A stretch of 64,000 nucleotides of DNA. Origin: Anthoceros angustus. Taxonomy: Eukaryota > Plantae > Anthocerotophyta. The DNA lies in contig MU008149.1 of assembly GCA_010909165.1 (NCBI GenBank), forward strand, positions 124,001 through 188,000, given 5' to 3'. The position numbers and the translations under genes were made by a program. Of this stretch, positions 1 through 13,365 are shown piece after piece. Within the stretch, counting starts at the first letter, position 1, and each line of letters opens with the position of its first letter. Below the pieces are notes generated by a model. That model was not told where the DNA came from, searched no databases, and was given only the letters and a program-made list of their open reading frames with translations.

Positions 1-2026
1 TTGTAGTGTTCGAGAGCCTGCCACCAACAAGCTCAGCATAACCATAGCATGTGGGCCTTGCAAATGTGGTAAGCACCCAGAGAGTGACATGTTACCTCTT
101 GAATTCGGGTAGCTTGGCGAGCAATATCTATCGGAAAAAGTTGATCCGTCTTCGTTAGCACAATCTGGACGCGCGTTCCAGCACTGTGCAGGGAAAAGCA
201 AGGAGGGATTCTCAGCTATTGGAGGCAAGACATCTTGGTCAAGGATGAAACATTCAGGATAATACCCCTCCATTAGATCGAGATACTCAATGTCCCTGGA
301 TTTCAATCCCCACTTCACATCAACAAGCATGCACACTCTCTTCAGCTCCTTCCGTTCAACAAGATACTCTTTCACCTGCAAGTCGATGTCACACAAATCA
401 AGATAAACGTTCTTTCCAACGAATATCACAATACTTACAGGCCGACATCATTCACAACGCAGCTCAAACAGGTAGACTGTACCAGCTCCTCCCAGGCTGT
501 CTTTTTCTGCTCCTTGGCATATGCAAAACCGTATCCAGGTAAATCAACGAGGCATAGTTGTGATCTCAATGTGAAAAAGTTGACGGTCTGCCAACACAGA
601 ACAAAGATAATCCTCAGACACTGTCGACCAAGTCCAGATTCATAAGGCGAGTACACCTCAGACCTGTCACCACTAGCTTTGGAAGTACCAGTTTCCACCT
701 ACTTGTGTGAGACCTGGTTTATCCGAAGTCCAGGCAACGCCCCATCGTCTTGTCAAAGCATTCAGAAGAGATGATTTCCCAACGTTTGACCTGCCTACAA
801 GCAGCAGAATCCTGCCTCAGCACGACATGGATCACAAAACTTGAGACCTTGGCGCTATGCGAGGAATCAAAAGAGCTTACCTAGAAATGCCACTTCTGGC
901 AGGTTCAACTGAGGAAGTGACGATGATTGCTTTGCAGCAGCTGCAAACACCAGTTTATGAGTAAACAGCTGCAACCAAACAGCCATAGAAAAGCTTCAAA
1001 CAATTAAACCATACAAGCTTAAATCCTGAGAAGGTTTAAACAGCTGCAACAGAAGTCGGCTCGACACAAAATCCCAACCTTTGAACCAAACTCCGTATCA
1101 ATTGGTGCCCGCATTGTGAGATCATATCCACTCCTACGCAATTCCGTTGATCTCCGTCGTCCAAGCTTCTGTTACGCCACGATTCCATCTCAGTTGGTGT
1201 TCACTGGGACAACCGACATATGGCAGGTCTAGGACTCTCACTTGCTCCTCAATGAAGTCCAGCAGCTCTTGGTGAGGTTGGATTGCACGAAACTGGGCGT
1301 TTTTTGAGATGGCCACTGCCTCGACTTCTGGCTCCTTCTTTGCTGCAAACAAACCGGTTATGGAGATCAGGTTAAAGCATGAAAAACACTTAGGTCAACA
1401 CGTGGGCCGGACATACCAGTTGTCTGCACAGATAAAGCAGGTTCGATGAAGCGCTTGTTGGAGCTGTCACGGGGGTTGATCCTCATCACCCGTTTAGTGG
1501 ACTTTTTCCTCGGCAAGTGCTGTTCTCTGTATTCATCGCCGAAGGACTGTTGGGAAAAAGTTTCAGGATCATCACCCCAATTTTTCTTCACAAGAGGAAA
1601 CGATCTGAATTTCCTGCTTGCATGCGGTGCACTCCTGCCCTGGTCCACTACTGGGGACTTCCTGCTTGTGCCATCCTTGCCGGAGCGAACAGGCTGTCGT
1701 TTGGAAGCTGGCACGTATGTCTGATACAACCGGGTCTGCAAGCTGGTGTAGTGGGAGAGGCGACTAGACCAAGAATGTGCCAGGCCAGGTAGTTTGCCAA
1801 GCCTGCATTGTGGAACTGCAAAACAGGGCACACAGCGGCCAGGTGAAATCCCTGCACAGCTTCCGCTGTAGTTGATAGTAGGTGAGACACGCTGCAGGGA
1901 CCCATTCTTTAGCACAAGCAACTGACCCATGTGTAACAGTTGGCGAGCTACTAAAGAAGCCCTGCAAAGCAAAGCGTCATCTGGTCTGGAGCCCAGAGCT
2001 CGTATACGCTTCATCAGACGCTCCAT
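1..2026 (-). CDS. EngB/YihA(YsxC)-family GTP-binding protein, probably organellar; multi-exon, 3' end outside the window
   Basis: Spliced exons give G1 GRSNVGKSS (~770-795), [11 protein letters not shown]3 DLPGYG (~525-545) and G4 TKTD (~145-160), with GT-AG introns. A long basic, low-conservation N-terminal exon from ATG 2026 ([12 protein letters not shown]) resembles a transit peptide; the start is uncertain. Confidence 0.9.
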
Positions 2027-2138
2027 ATTTCCAAAAACTCTTCCCGGGTCCCGATCATGCCATCCACGGACGCACACGATTGATGAACTTCACATCTCGC
2101 CATCTTTGGACAAAAACCTAACCCTACTCTGAATGGCT

Positions 2139-2702
2139 TTAGACGTCAAAGGCGACTGGACTTCTAATGGTTCCACAACGGGAAGGATCAGAGCAACATT
2201 CGGCTGGAGAGGTATCTACTACGGGGGACACACTTTTCCTATTCAAGGTCTTGGGCACTGGAACAGCAACCCGTGCTTTCTGTTCGACTGAGTACCTCTC
2301 CGTATAGCCTGCTCGCGATGCCTCAGGTGGGACAGAAGTTCGTAGATTCTGTTCGGCTAAGTGCCTTTCCATAGGGCCTGCTCGCGATGCCTCAGGTGGG
2401 ACATCAGTTCGCAGTCTCTGTTCGGCTAGGTGCCTCTCCAGAGGGCGTGCTCGAGATGTCTCAGCTGGGACAGAAATTCGCGGCTTCTGTTCGGCTAGGT
2501 GCCTCTCCACAGAGCTCACCCTCGATTCCTCAGGAGTTGCCACAAACTTGTTGAGTAATGCTGCATCTCTACTCTCAGCGTCTTTTTGTTTTCTTTCCTT
2601 CTCAAGTTGTTCCACGTAGCATGCGCACTCACTTTGACCACAAAAACCATCCATCTGTCCAACAGATGCGCGCAACAGCTCAATACCGGTACAATATGGC
2701 AT
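2139..2702 (-). CDS. Orphan ~187-aa ORF with four 23-aa tandem repeats
   Basis: Open frame 2139-2735 with ATG at 2702. Repeats of the form RHLAEQxxRxxVPxExSRAxxxE keep frame with a 69-bp period. A possible 5' non-coding exon and intron lie at ~2730-2900. No recognisable family. Confidence 0.5.
   Translation of the reverse strand: MPYCTGIELLRASVGQMDGFCGQSECACYVEQLEKERKQKDAESRDAALLNKFVATPEESRVSSVERHLAEQKPRISVPAETSRARPLERHLAEQRLRTDVPPEASRAGPMERHLAEQNLRTSVPPEASRAGYTERYSVEQKARVAVPVPKTLNRKSVSPVVDTSPAECCSDPSRCGTIRSPVAFDV
2275..2515. repeat. 69-bp degenerate tandem repeat (~3.5-4 copies) inside the orphan ORF
   Basis: TGTTCGGCTAGGTGCCTCTCC-like motif at 2281, 2350, 2419 and 2488. Confidence 0.9.
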
Positions 2703-3137
2703 GCAGTCACATCTTAGAAAGCACAGCTGCTGCAAGGGGGATAATAAGATGCAACACCGTTCATGTAACCGGCATGAACAGAGGGCTGTTACCTATGGTA
2801 CAAGAGCATCTTCCTCTGGAATGCTCCTCCTCTAGATGTATGACTAGAGATCTAAAACCAGCTGCCCCATAGCGAACTACTACAGTACCACACTGGCTGA
2901 CGTTGGGCGTATATATCTATCCAATTATTATCTATAACCTGAAACAATAGCGTCTCACAAATGCGTGAGAAACTCTCTTTCATCTTAGCTATCATTAGAG
3001 TTCCCATGGACCGCCCGTGATTTTATCTCGGCATCCTACTTTCCACCTCTTTCCCCTTGAACCCAATGCATAATCCTCCGCAAATATTTGCATACTCGAC
3101 TCATAGCAATGACATGAAGTTTCTTCAGTCATTGAAC

Positions 3138-6100
3138 TTAGACGACTTCCACTGTGTGCACCTCTGGAACATAGAAGGAGGAGTAGTTTCTCACCAAACC
3201 CTTGCTGATGACATGTCCATTCTCCGGGAGCTCTGAAGCAGATGCTCTTCCACTGTTCACCGTTAGATCCTTGATGATTGTGTGCAATTCATGATCTTGC
3301 ATAATTGATTCCATTGTCACATGCAGTCCTGCATAAGTAGACCCCACCCACGAAGAACTGGTTAGGTACCATACGCAAACAGCGGGCAAGCAGTTCAATG
3401 GCCAAGCAACAGATGGTACTTACTGAAACGCCAGTAGTGCCTAGGATTGGTTGGATCATTAATAGTCTCCTCATTTGCTGGCCGTTTGCAATACTCGTCC
3501 TTCAAAGCCATGAGATCCTGCAAGTTCGATTCCAAGGTCGTAAGCCACCAGAGAATCCAGAGAAAAGCACCAGAGAACAGCACATTTGTGGAAAACTACT
3601 CCTCACACTTGAGACAAACAAAGGACAAGTACTACCTGAATGGGGAAGATCGCAAATACTGAAGGAGACTCCATATGTTGCTGGACAATGGTGTGAGCAA
3701 TTCGAGGATCGCAAAGGGGAGGAGGAGGCTCCACAAATCCCAGCACATTTCTGAAGAACCGAGAACGCCGAGACTCATCTTCCTCCCACCATGCTCGAAG
3801 ATTAGGACAATCATGACAAGAAGGGGAACAAACCTGACAAGTGAGCAAATACACATTAGAACCCGTACCGAGTCATCGATGCGCGGACCGGCGTCATGAG
3901 GTAAAGAATAGTACTCACCGTCATATACTCGTACTCTGCCGGAATACCAAATTCTTGGCCAGGAGTGCCAGGCATGCGCTGCAACCGTAGACCAATTAAC
4001 CCCAACTCACCAAGAACCTGCATCGCAATCCCAGACAGGGTAAATGCAATAAATTGTCATTAGGAGCCATTGCTACAGTGAAGGTCCCACACTAATCATA
4101 CCGGTGCCACACAGGCAGGGACCATCCCAAGATCTTCGCCACAAGCAAGCATCTCAGATGCCTTCATCAAAACCGGCAAAGTCTTCAAAGCATTTTCTCG
4201 CCACAATTGTTCTTGACGATGGTAGAAGTAATCATAGTACAATGTCTTCAACACGTTTTGGCTGCAAGCGGGAACTCAAGAAAATGAGACACAGAACGAA
4301 GGAAGTAGTACATAAGTCATTCTCAACAAGTAGAAATATAGATAGGGCTTCACCTGTGATGATCGAGCTCAGCATAACTTGCGCTTTGCTCCAGACCAAA
4401 GCGAGGATAAAACTTCTTCGGATCTTCGGTATCTCTGATCAGCACAACTTCCTGTTGACACACCAATGTAATGTTAAAAAAAGACCATGGCTCCAGGCGT
4501 TGCGAGCTTTTCAAGTTCAATTGGGGGAGAACTCACATGCATCAGGTCAAAAAGTCCCTTTTTAGTCTCTTCTGCCTCTTCTACCAGCCACGGCGGCGAC
4601 CCCTCTCTCGGGCTCAAGTCCGCTAGAATTTTCTTTTCAGTATTGAACTCCTTTTTAAACTGCGAAAAACGTGCCAAAAAGTCAACGGACATACCATCAA
4701 ACAGATTGCTTTTGCATGTATGGTCGAGAAAACATCGCCTACCTGGTAGCAAAGGTGCGCATACTCGTCAAAGTACTTGGAGGCGATCTCAGTCCACCTG
4801 GCTCCGAACTTTTTCTGCACCCAAGATGTCTCACGGTAAGATTAGATCTAAGTGGCTAACAAATCTTACTAGGAACTATACTGCAACACCCAACTATGCA
4901 GGTGAACACCGGACCTGCAAAAGATGGCACCGGACATAGGGCTCGCTCAGCCGATTGAAGTCCCAGATTCCTTCTTTCTCAAGCTCCTCCTGAAGTAAGG
5001 GGCGGAAAGCAGTATTTCAGCAGATGTCCAAACCTAACCAACCTTCCCCGTGTGGTTCAAGCGAGCACTTCACTTACTTGACTCAGGGGAATTGACGGCC
5101 GAAACCTGCCCATCAGGCCGGTCACTGCATGGTCTGGCAGTTCCCATATTCTGAAAAACCCAAGAATGTGGTCTATCCTGTATGCCGTGAAATACTTTGA
5201 CATCTGCACAAAAACCCCACCAATTGTGAGTACAAAGACCTACTGTTTGGCCCAAACTTCGGAACTGACGAGCAACAATGGAGAGCCCAAGCCTTTACCT
5301 GGGTCAGCCTCGCTCGCCACCAGCCATAGTCATCTTTGGACATCTCTTCCCAATTATACGTAGGAAAGCCCCAGTTTTGGCCAGCCATATTGAAGTAATC
5401 AGGTGGAGCGCCCGTTGACGCATTCATGTGGAAAAGGTTGGGACTCACCCAGGTGTCAACACTATTGCGATCAACCCCGATAGGAAGATCCCCCTTCAAC
5501 ACTATTTTGTGTCTTCGGGCATAGTCTGCTGCTTCAATCAGCTGATCCATCAAAACGAGAACAATTGTTAATTTTTATATATGAATATATTCCCAGCATA
5601 AATCTTAAAAGAAGTCAACATGGACCATGTTAAAAGGGCAACGTTCTCACCTGCGTGTGCAGATGGAATTGCATGTAGTAATGGAACTGGATTGCAGCAT
5701 GCTGTTCTGCTCTTGGAGAAGTCAGCTTATCCAACTGTAAGTCACAATAATCACAGTCCGTCAGGAACCAGGTTTAAAAGTATCTGACCAGTGTATGGAA
5801 GATTGGAATGACTACTAACCTTCTGCTCTGTGAATTGAGAGAACAGACCCCACTGTGAATGATCAGCAGTCCCAAAGAGGTCCCGCAAGAAGCAGAATGC
5901 AGCATACGGTCTTAGCCAAGCCTGCATCCACTATGAGGGTCAGAAAACCAACACGCAGGTGCCTGCAAGGATCACGCTTGGCACGATCAGGATTGGGCCT
6001 TCACCTTATTTTCCTCGAAATACTGCTTAAAAGCAGTAGAGTTGAGTATTTCGTCCTTCTCCAGATTGAAAATCTTTCTGGCAATGGCCACCTTCACTGC

Positions 6101-8284
6101 CATAGTTGCATCGTAGTCTACTTCCTGCACAACCGAAAATTTGACATGAGGCACTTAATACACCGGCTACAAGCAGAGCCTTTAGCTGTTCAACCAAGCA
6201 CAAGCTGTTACCTTCAAGTCCAACTGCTTCTTGGCAGCCTCAATCTCTTCCTGCTCAGATAACAGAACAGTTCGAACAAAAAAGTTCAGTCTAGCTTCCT
6301 TTTGAGTTCTCCCACTTATCACCAAAACGCCAATCAACTGCTTGTTGAATACTAAACCGGCTCACACCTTGATGCTCGAAGGAATTTTTGTTGACAAAGC
6401 TTGCAGACGAAGGTACAGAGGGTGCAAAGCGAAGACCGACAACGAACTGCAACGTCCATCACCAAGTGCGATGTTAGCACTTGGGAAACCAGAGAGGAAT
6501 ACCGGAGAAAGAGCAGAATATCAGGACCCAACATTACCTGTACGGGTAGGAATCCCACCACATGCGGTTGACAGATGTATCGTTGACAGGTAATAGTTGT
6601 ACAACCTTCAACCCGGATTTCAATGCCAAATCGATCACTAACTTAAGATCCAGGTACTCCCCTGAACCAACATCCTGCTCAGACCGGAGGGAGAACACCG
6701 GCACAGCAATTCCTGCGCCCCTCCAGGGATTTGCCTGAAAACGAATGCAATGAGTGTCAGTCAGTCGTTCTACAACAGATGCTTCCTGCAAAAACGACAA
6801 TTGCCAACACGAAGCAAGAGGCGCACCCGGAAGTATCCATCGTGTATGATGATCATGGTGGGGACTTTCCTGGCCAACGCGTCAAGAGCCAGTTCTTTGT
6901 CCGGACCAGCCTCTGGAATAACTTCCCCAGATTTGTCCTTGAGAATGTACTTGTATCGGACAGGAAAATCAGCTCTCTTCAGAACAGCGTCCAACTGCCA
7001 ATCAGAGCCGCCTGCTCGGAAAAGCTGCAACGCCCCTTCACTCGACCACTTCCCCAACGCAGGGGCACTGCCGGACAGGAATACCTAGACAGGAAAGATG
7101 CGAATCAGTATAGAGGCAAGCATTGAGCGTTACTTAGTTTCACACGAAAAGCATGGTGGACGAGCATACTCACCGACTGCCCTTTCTCCAAGCGTGAGCA
7201 ATTGACTCTGAATCGGACAGCCACAGAGTCTGCAGAACGGACAGGCCAGAATGAGAACCTCGAAGCACCACCCAAGGCCAAAGCAGTAGTCTACATGCAC
7301 AAGAGGTGCGACGAAACACTAACCTTGAAGGCTGAAAGACTCCTCCGGAAACTGGTTGGCGGCCAAGTCCTGGGGCAACTCGGCCACATCCTCCTCGGTA
7401 GCATTTCCGAAGATGACTTTCTTAAACGCACTTTTGGAGAGCAGATTCTCCGGAGAAGCTCCATCCTGCATAAACCAAGACAAAGGGACGGAAGCGAGCG
7501 GTGATTAACGGAACGGCGAGCGCGCTTCCCGAAAGCCATCAAAATCGACGACGCGACTGCAAGACTTCACTCAGACTCCGTCATCCAGCAAGCCAGATGC
7601 TACACCAATTGGCTACAAGCCGTAGGCCCGCCAAGAGCGTCACATCTCACTGTCGCAGTAGTGACTAAAAGCGAAAAAAAGCATCCCACTCTCGAGAGAT
7701 TCCGCTCAAAGCCTGAGCTGGTGGATTCACACTAGCAGAGACTTAAGGCAGCGGCCCAACATGAAAACAAGAGAGAATTGGCGCCGCTGCTTTCCAACGG
7801 TGAGCAAGCATGCAGAGCGACAGCAATCCAGGACATGGAATTGGTGTGGCAGACACAAAACAATCGCAAATCGGCGGTGGAGGTGGAGGCGTCCGAGACG
7901 ATTACGGCTTCAAGGCGCCGGACTCACCTGCCAGATGTCGTGAATGTCCACAGTGGCGGCATCCGGCAGGCCCTCCGGCAAGGCGAGGCGGCGCTGAGCC
8001 CCGGACTCCCGCTTAATTACGTTGTGCTTGTCGTCAACCAGCGCATAGTTGTATTCGGTCTGGAAGAAATCCGGGACAGAGATGAGGGCATGCCAGACGA
8101 GGGTATCCCCCTCGTGGCTCGGCGTCATCCACTGGGACTGCTTGACGTCCCAGGCGCCAAGCTGGGGATCGGAGCCGACCACGACCAAATTCTGGCCCCA
8201 TTGCGTGTAGTAAGGCAGCTTGAATCGGACATTGACGCGCTTGTAGCGGCGGAAAGGGAGCTGCCTCCCGGGCGCCATCTCCAT
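3138..8284 (-). CDS. DPE2: 4-alpha-glucanotransferase DPE2 (two CBM20 domains + GH77), many exons
   Basis: CBM20 exons (RFKLPYYTQWGQNLVVVGSDPQLGAW; LGKW...YKY) and GH77 motifs PWRGAGIAVPVFSLRS, WWDSYPY, LKGDLPIGVDRNSVDTW, GAPPDYF...GQNWGFPTYNW, YRIDHILGFFRIWE, CSPSCHDC and EETINDPTNPRHYWR. Stop at 3138; start at 8284 or 8314. Confidence 0.97.
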
Positions 8285-9330
8285 GCCATTCTCCCCCCTC
8301 AGAGCGGGCGTCATCTTCCCTTTCCTTCCTTCCCTCCCGCACCACTCCCTTTTCACTCAAGCCCAACCGCGCAACCGGAGCCGGGGCCCCGCTCAAATTT
8401 GGCAGCACCGGCCAAGATGAGGGGCCCGGCCCGGCCCGGCCCGGCAAGAAAGGCTCGCTCGCAGCCGAGATCCCGGCCGAGCGAGGCACAATTCTTGGCT
8501 CGGCTCGGCAGTCTCGCCCGATCCAACAGGAGGAGGAGGCAGAGGCAGAGGCCCAGGCTGGGATGCGAATGCGGATGCCCGAGGGGCACGAGCAGAGGCA
8601 GAAGAAGAAGTAGAGGAAGCAGAAGAAGAAGGCGAGGCGAGGAACCGGGGAGGTGGCCTGGTGGGGCTCTGCTGGCGAGCTTGCTGGGGAAAGGCGCTGG
8701 CAGGAGCAGAGCAGAGCAGCGCGGGGCGGGCTGGTGAAGGCGCGGGGGTCGCTCTCGGAGGAGGATGAAGGAAGGGAGGAGGACGAGGAAAAGGAGCTGC
8801 CTCCCGGGCGCCATCTCCATGCCATTCTCCCCTCAGAGCGGGCGTCATCTTCCCTTTCCTTCCTTCCCTCCCGCACCACTCCCTTTTCACTCAAGCCCAA
8901 CCGCAACCGGAGCCGGGGCCCCGCTCAAATTTGGCAGCACCGGCCAAGATGAGGGGCCAGCCCGGCCCGGCCCGGCAAGAAAGGCTCGCTCGCAGCCGAG
9001 ATCCCGGCCGAGCGAGGCTGTTCTTGGCTCGGCTCGGCAGTCTCGCCCGATCCAACAGGAGGAGGAGGCAGAGGCAGAGGCCCAGGCTGGGGATGCGAAT
9101 GCGGATGCCCGAGGGGCACGAGCAGAGGCAGAAGAAGTAGAGGAAGCAGAAGAAGAAGGCGAGGCGAGGAACCGGGGAGGTGGCCTGGTGGGGCTCTGCT
9201 GGCGAGCTTGCTGGGGAAAGGCGCTGGCAGGAGCAGAGCAGAGCAGCGCGGGGCGGGCTGGTGAAGGCGCGGGGGGTCGCTCTCTCGGAGGAGGATGAAG
9301 GGAAGGGAGGAGGACGAGGAAAAAGGAGCT
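8256..9330. repeat. ~537-bp tandem duplication of the DPE2 5' UTR and start-codon region
   Basis: 8256-8792 and 8793-9330 are near-identical, differing mostly by small indels. Junctions share a GGAAA(A/G)GGAGCT-type microhomology. Confidence 0.9.
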
Positions 9331-9339
9331 AGGCAGCGG

Positions 9340-9420
9340 GCATCGTGTTATAAAGGCGGAAGGCGGGGAGGGGCGGGGCGTCGTTAGAGCCCGAGCCCGA
9401 GGGCCCCGTCCACGTGGCCC
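9340..9420 (-). promoter_or_regulatory. Putative DPE2 core promoter (TATA-like TTTATAA, GC boxes, G-box)
   Basis: TTATAAA at ~9348 immediately upstream of a pyrimidine-rich leader on the minus strand; GGGCGGGG boxes at 9362-9380; CACGTG at 9411. Confidence 0.4.
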
Positions 9421-9537
9421 GCCTACCCTGGCTCCCGGCTGGCATGACAGACCTAGTTTTACCTACTGGAATGTACTGCCTGTGCAACTGGCGTGGGAAA
9501 CGAGGGCGCTGTTCCCACGGCGCTGCTTCTCCTCACT

Positions 9538-9700
9538 CTCCCGACGCTCCCGACTCTCCCGACTCTCCCGACTCTCCCGACTCTCCCGACTCTCCCGACT
9601 CTCCCGACTCTCCCGACTCTCCCGACTCTCCCGACGCTCCCGACGCTCCCCGACTGTCCGTCCCGACTATCCGTCCCGACTCTCCCGACCGACTCCCGAC
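9538..9700. repeat. (CCCGACTCT)n 9-bp minisatellite
   Basis: About 12 near-perfect copies followed by degenerate copies. Confidence 0.95.
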
Positions 9701-11689
9701 TGACTCACGGCTGGTGCGGCCCGAAGCGGGCCTGACGAGATCGAGCCTCCGCCGCTACCTAAACAGTATTAGGCTGTATTCGGGCAGGGCTGCTGTGAGG
9801 CGTAATGGGAAGGAATCAAGGAATTTGGAATCGTCCCACGAGGGCCGGGCCTATATTCGCGATCGAAGAGACGAGGGCAGATTCCATTCCCTCTAATTTC
9901 CGTTAAATCGATTCCCTTGGCGTCTCGGAAACGCCGCAGGCGGAGGCCCGGCCCGGCCCGGCCCGGCCCGAGCCCTCCAAGAAGTCGGGAGGCGCCGCGC
10001 ACGTGGCGACGCGCGCGTCGACGTGGAGAGGGCGTCACGCGGGAACCGCGAAACTTCGAGTTCTTGACTGGCGGAGGACCAGCGCGGCCCGCGTGGCGTA
10101 TGTTAGTTGGGGGTGACTCAGCGTCGCACCTGTTGGGCTGCGACAGCGTTAAATAAAAGTTTCGTGGTTATTCGGTTAAGCAATTAGCGACCCCCGTCCT
10201 CAGGCTCCGTCCCGCGTTCCGTCAGAGGTGACGCCACGGGGTGGTCCTTGGGGTGGGAACTGGGAAGACGCGTGGGAGGCCGCGGGATATGCCTTTCAGC
10301 CGATGCGGACATGTAACAGAATTTGGAAAATGCTACAAGTACGCGGACGGCGGACGGGTTTGGGCCCAAGACAGGGCGGCCTTGGGGAACGGTGAATGAA
10401 GAAGAAGCAGTGTTGTTTGTCGGTTCCTCGCTCGACAGCGGAGAAGGGAGCAGATCTGAGTGGATACAGGAAGGAGCAGGGCAGGGGGGCCGGCCCAAAT
10501 CGGGCCGGCCGACACCCCAACAAAGCTTTGACTACCATGCGGCAGAGCGGGGCGTGCTCGAGACTGGGTCCCCTGTGGCCCATGACCTCGCGCCCGAGAT
10601 AGATAGTTCTGTGGATACCTCTGAAGCTCCCTCCATAGTCTACTCACTACTACATGGCCGCACCCAAAAAGATCTCTCGTTCCCAGCCATGGGACATGGG
10701 AGGAAATCCGGCACAAGCCCACACACAAAGGTGATATTTTAGAGCCCGGTTGTGGAATCTAGTTCTCGCATCTCTGACATTCGTGACATTGCTTATGTGG
10801 GTTTCTTGAAGAACCCAGCAAAACCCACCGAGGATTTAGATATCCGAGATGAACACGAAAAAAAGCAGGTGCAGAAAGTTTGCAAGCATTTGGGTGTCCG
10901 AGGTGAACTTTGCCAACGCACGGAGTAGATTGAACATGATAACACAAAATCCGAACCAAAAACACGGAGGCATGAGAAATCCGAGGGAGAACTCAGCCCG
11001 ATGAAGTACAAGGCTCGATGACTTCGACGCAAGCGCTGGCAGCTCAAGGAGGAAAAGAGGTTAGGTGATCTCGAAAGTGGAAAAGGGCTCGGGTGTGTAG
11101 GAAAATCCTAGACGGGGGAGCACATGGGAGTTGTGAGCAAGCCAACACGACCCACGAAACAAGCGATGAAAGCCAGCGCTAGAAGGTGCAGGAAAGATGG
11201 ACGATGCGGGGCGGAGGTGGCCGAGGAGGGTGGGTGGCGCTGCGGTGCGCTCTTGTGTTCATCCCCACTTTTGTCCGTGTCCTACTGTTGAAGGCAGAAA
11301 TCACGTTGACATTGATGGAATCCGTGGAGCATGGCATGGCACACAGGTCTGTCCCATGTGAAACACTGGATGCGAAACGTCAGCCCCGCCCTCCTCCATG
11401 CTGGGTCCATGAGGATGGTTCATGGGGTCCATGGAATGGGAAGCTGGGTTTACAACTTCAGATGTAGTGTAGAATAAAATATAGCTAGATGCAAATGCGC
11501 AGGATGGTGGGCAGGTGCCAGATTGTGTGTGACCTGCAAGAATAGCCCTGACCATGGCAAGCGTTAGTGGCGCATTGGTGAGGACCGATGAACAGAGCTG
11601 CAATGATTGGGAGCTGCAAAGCTCGGCTGTCTCCCACATGTGCTAGAATACATTGAGTGGACGAGGCATTCAAACTCTGTCAGCCGACC

Positions 11690-11785
11690 TGAACTGCAGT
11701 CTGCAGTCTGCAGTCTGCAGTGCTACATACATGCAACAGGATACAACTGTATGTACATACATATGTTTATATGTACATATGTACC
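11690..11785. repeat. (CTGCAGT)n followed by a TATG/TACA low-complexity tract
   Basis: Four CTGCAGT units at 11694-11721, then TGTATGTACATACATATG-type sequence. Confidence 0.7.
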
Positions 11786-13289
11786 TTAGTTTACACGTAG
11801 GTACTGCAGTCATTAGTTTGGGTATGTGCAGACTGCGGGTGCACATGTCTGTTGGGCACTGTCTGCATTATTTATGCTGCAGCTGGTCTGCTGTGTGACA
11901 TGTGTGATCCTAAAGAGCGCTGTTGGAGAAGTTTCTTCTGGCTGTACTGCACCGTGCACTGCACGGTCGCAGCAGTGGGATGCAAACAACATACAAAAAC
12001 ACACTCACACATACACAGTCGAACCAGTCTAGAGTGCCGCTCACTGCCAAGCCTGGAACAGAAGAACGTCGTAGCGTTCCCTACGGGCTTTGGCTTGTTG
12101 TAGCACGTACGTACAAGTACACTTCCCCGTCCCACTTCAACTTCAACGCCAACCCACCTCATCCATTTCATCGAGCAGTGCCCTAGTCTAATTGGCGGGC
12201 CTTCCCAGCCGGCACCGCGCATGCTTCACCGATGATCTAAAGCCTGACCGATTCCAGCCGAGAGACCCAGCCCGCTGCCAAAGCCGTCAAATCTCCCCCC
12301 CTGGGCCTGAACGCAGCAGCAGTGGCGGGCAGCCTTTCAGTCCCCGAAACATTATTATTCTACTCCCGAGATATGTTGGAAAGCGTGACAGCCTTATCAC
12401 CTCTGCCTCCTCTTCGTATCCACCCCCCCTGGAGATTGCCAGGCTATCACCATAATGGACAGGGATCCCGCGTATGTAATGGCAGCAGCAGGAGCTGCGA
12501 TCAGACCTATCCATCTTTGCGCATGGCTGCAACCGCGCACCGGGCCCCGGGCCCCGGGCCCCGAGCCCCGGACGCCCGGGACATAAACAAATGCTTTCCG
12601 TCTGGCGACATAGATATGCAACGCGATTTTGCCCTCGCCCGGGTGGGCACTTCGAGGCTTGGAGGCTTGGAGGCTTGGAGGCCAAGCCAGGCCCCGCGGG
12701 CTGCTGGGCCCTGCAAATGCGTGTTAGTGCCCTATCATGCATGCATCTCCACATGTATGTAACAGTAGCAGTACATGCGTATGCAGTTGTTGTAACCGTC
12801 CAGTGCAGAGTGCAGAGCAAAGTGCTGACAAGAGCACAACGCCCAGCACGGCATGCACCAAGTGCAGTGGCGGCAGGGCAGGGCAGGCCAGGCTAGGCCA
12901 GGCCAGGAAGCATCTCACCAGCCATGGCATCCGAGACATCACATCACATCACATCGCAGCAGGTTGGCGCTGGCGGACCGCACCACCCCACGTCAAAGAG
13001 CACACACGAATCACGATTCACGATTCACGATCTCCACACCCGAGCACCGCTACCGCGAGCCCCCCCACGGAAAGAAAGGGCCCATCACCTAATATGGGGA
13101 TATTTACCTTGGCTCCAAGCGGCCCAGATATACACACCAGGTACGCTATCCTATCCGGCGCGGTGTGGCCACCGCGGGCGCAGCGGCGGCGGTCGCGGGA
13201 GCCACCTGACGTGGATAGGGATTGAAAATCCGACGTGTGGGAGGGTGCGCCCACGTGGCGCGCGCCAGGGGTCACATGCCGATGTTGTT

Positions 13290-13365
13290 GCCTGGGGCCT
13301 GGGGCCTGGGGCCTGGGGCCGGGGCCTGGGGCCTGGAGGCCTGGGGACCTGGGGGCCTGGGGGCA
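13290..13365. repeat. (GCCTGGG)n G-rich simple repeat
   Basis: About 9 degenerate GGGGCCT units; potential G-quadruplex. Confidence 0.75.

Noticed and set aside
7778-9298. Long plus-strand ORFs (319 aa, 177 aa) and overlapping minus-strand ORFs
   Set aside because: They are antisense to DPE2 exon 1 or arise from the GC-rich duplicated UTR, and their translations are low-complexity.
9414-9896. SPD-, LSR- and LPT-repeat proteins
   Set aside because: All three frames are open only because the 9-bp minisatellite contains no stop codon.
10610-10650. miR159/319-like sequence (TAGACTATGGAGGGAGCTTC on the minus strand)
   Set aside because: Several mismatches and an indel versus the miR319 consensus, and no convincing fold-back partner.
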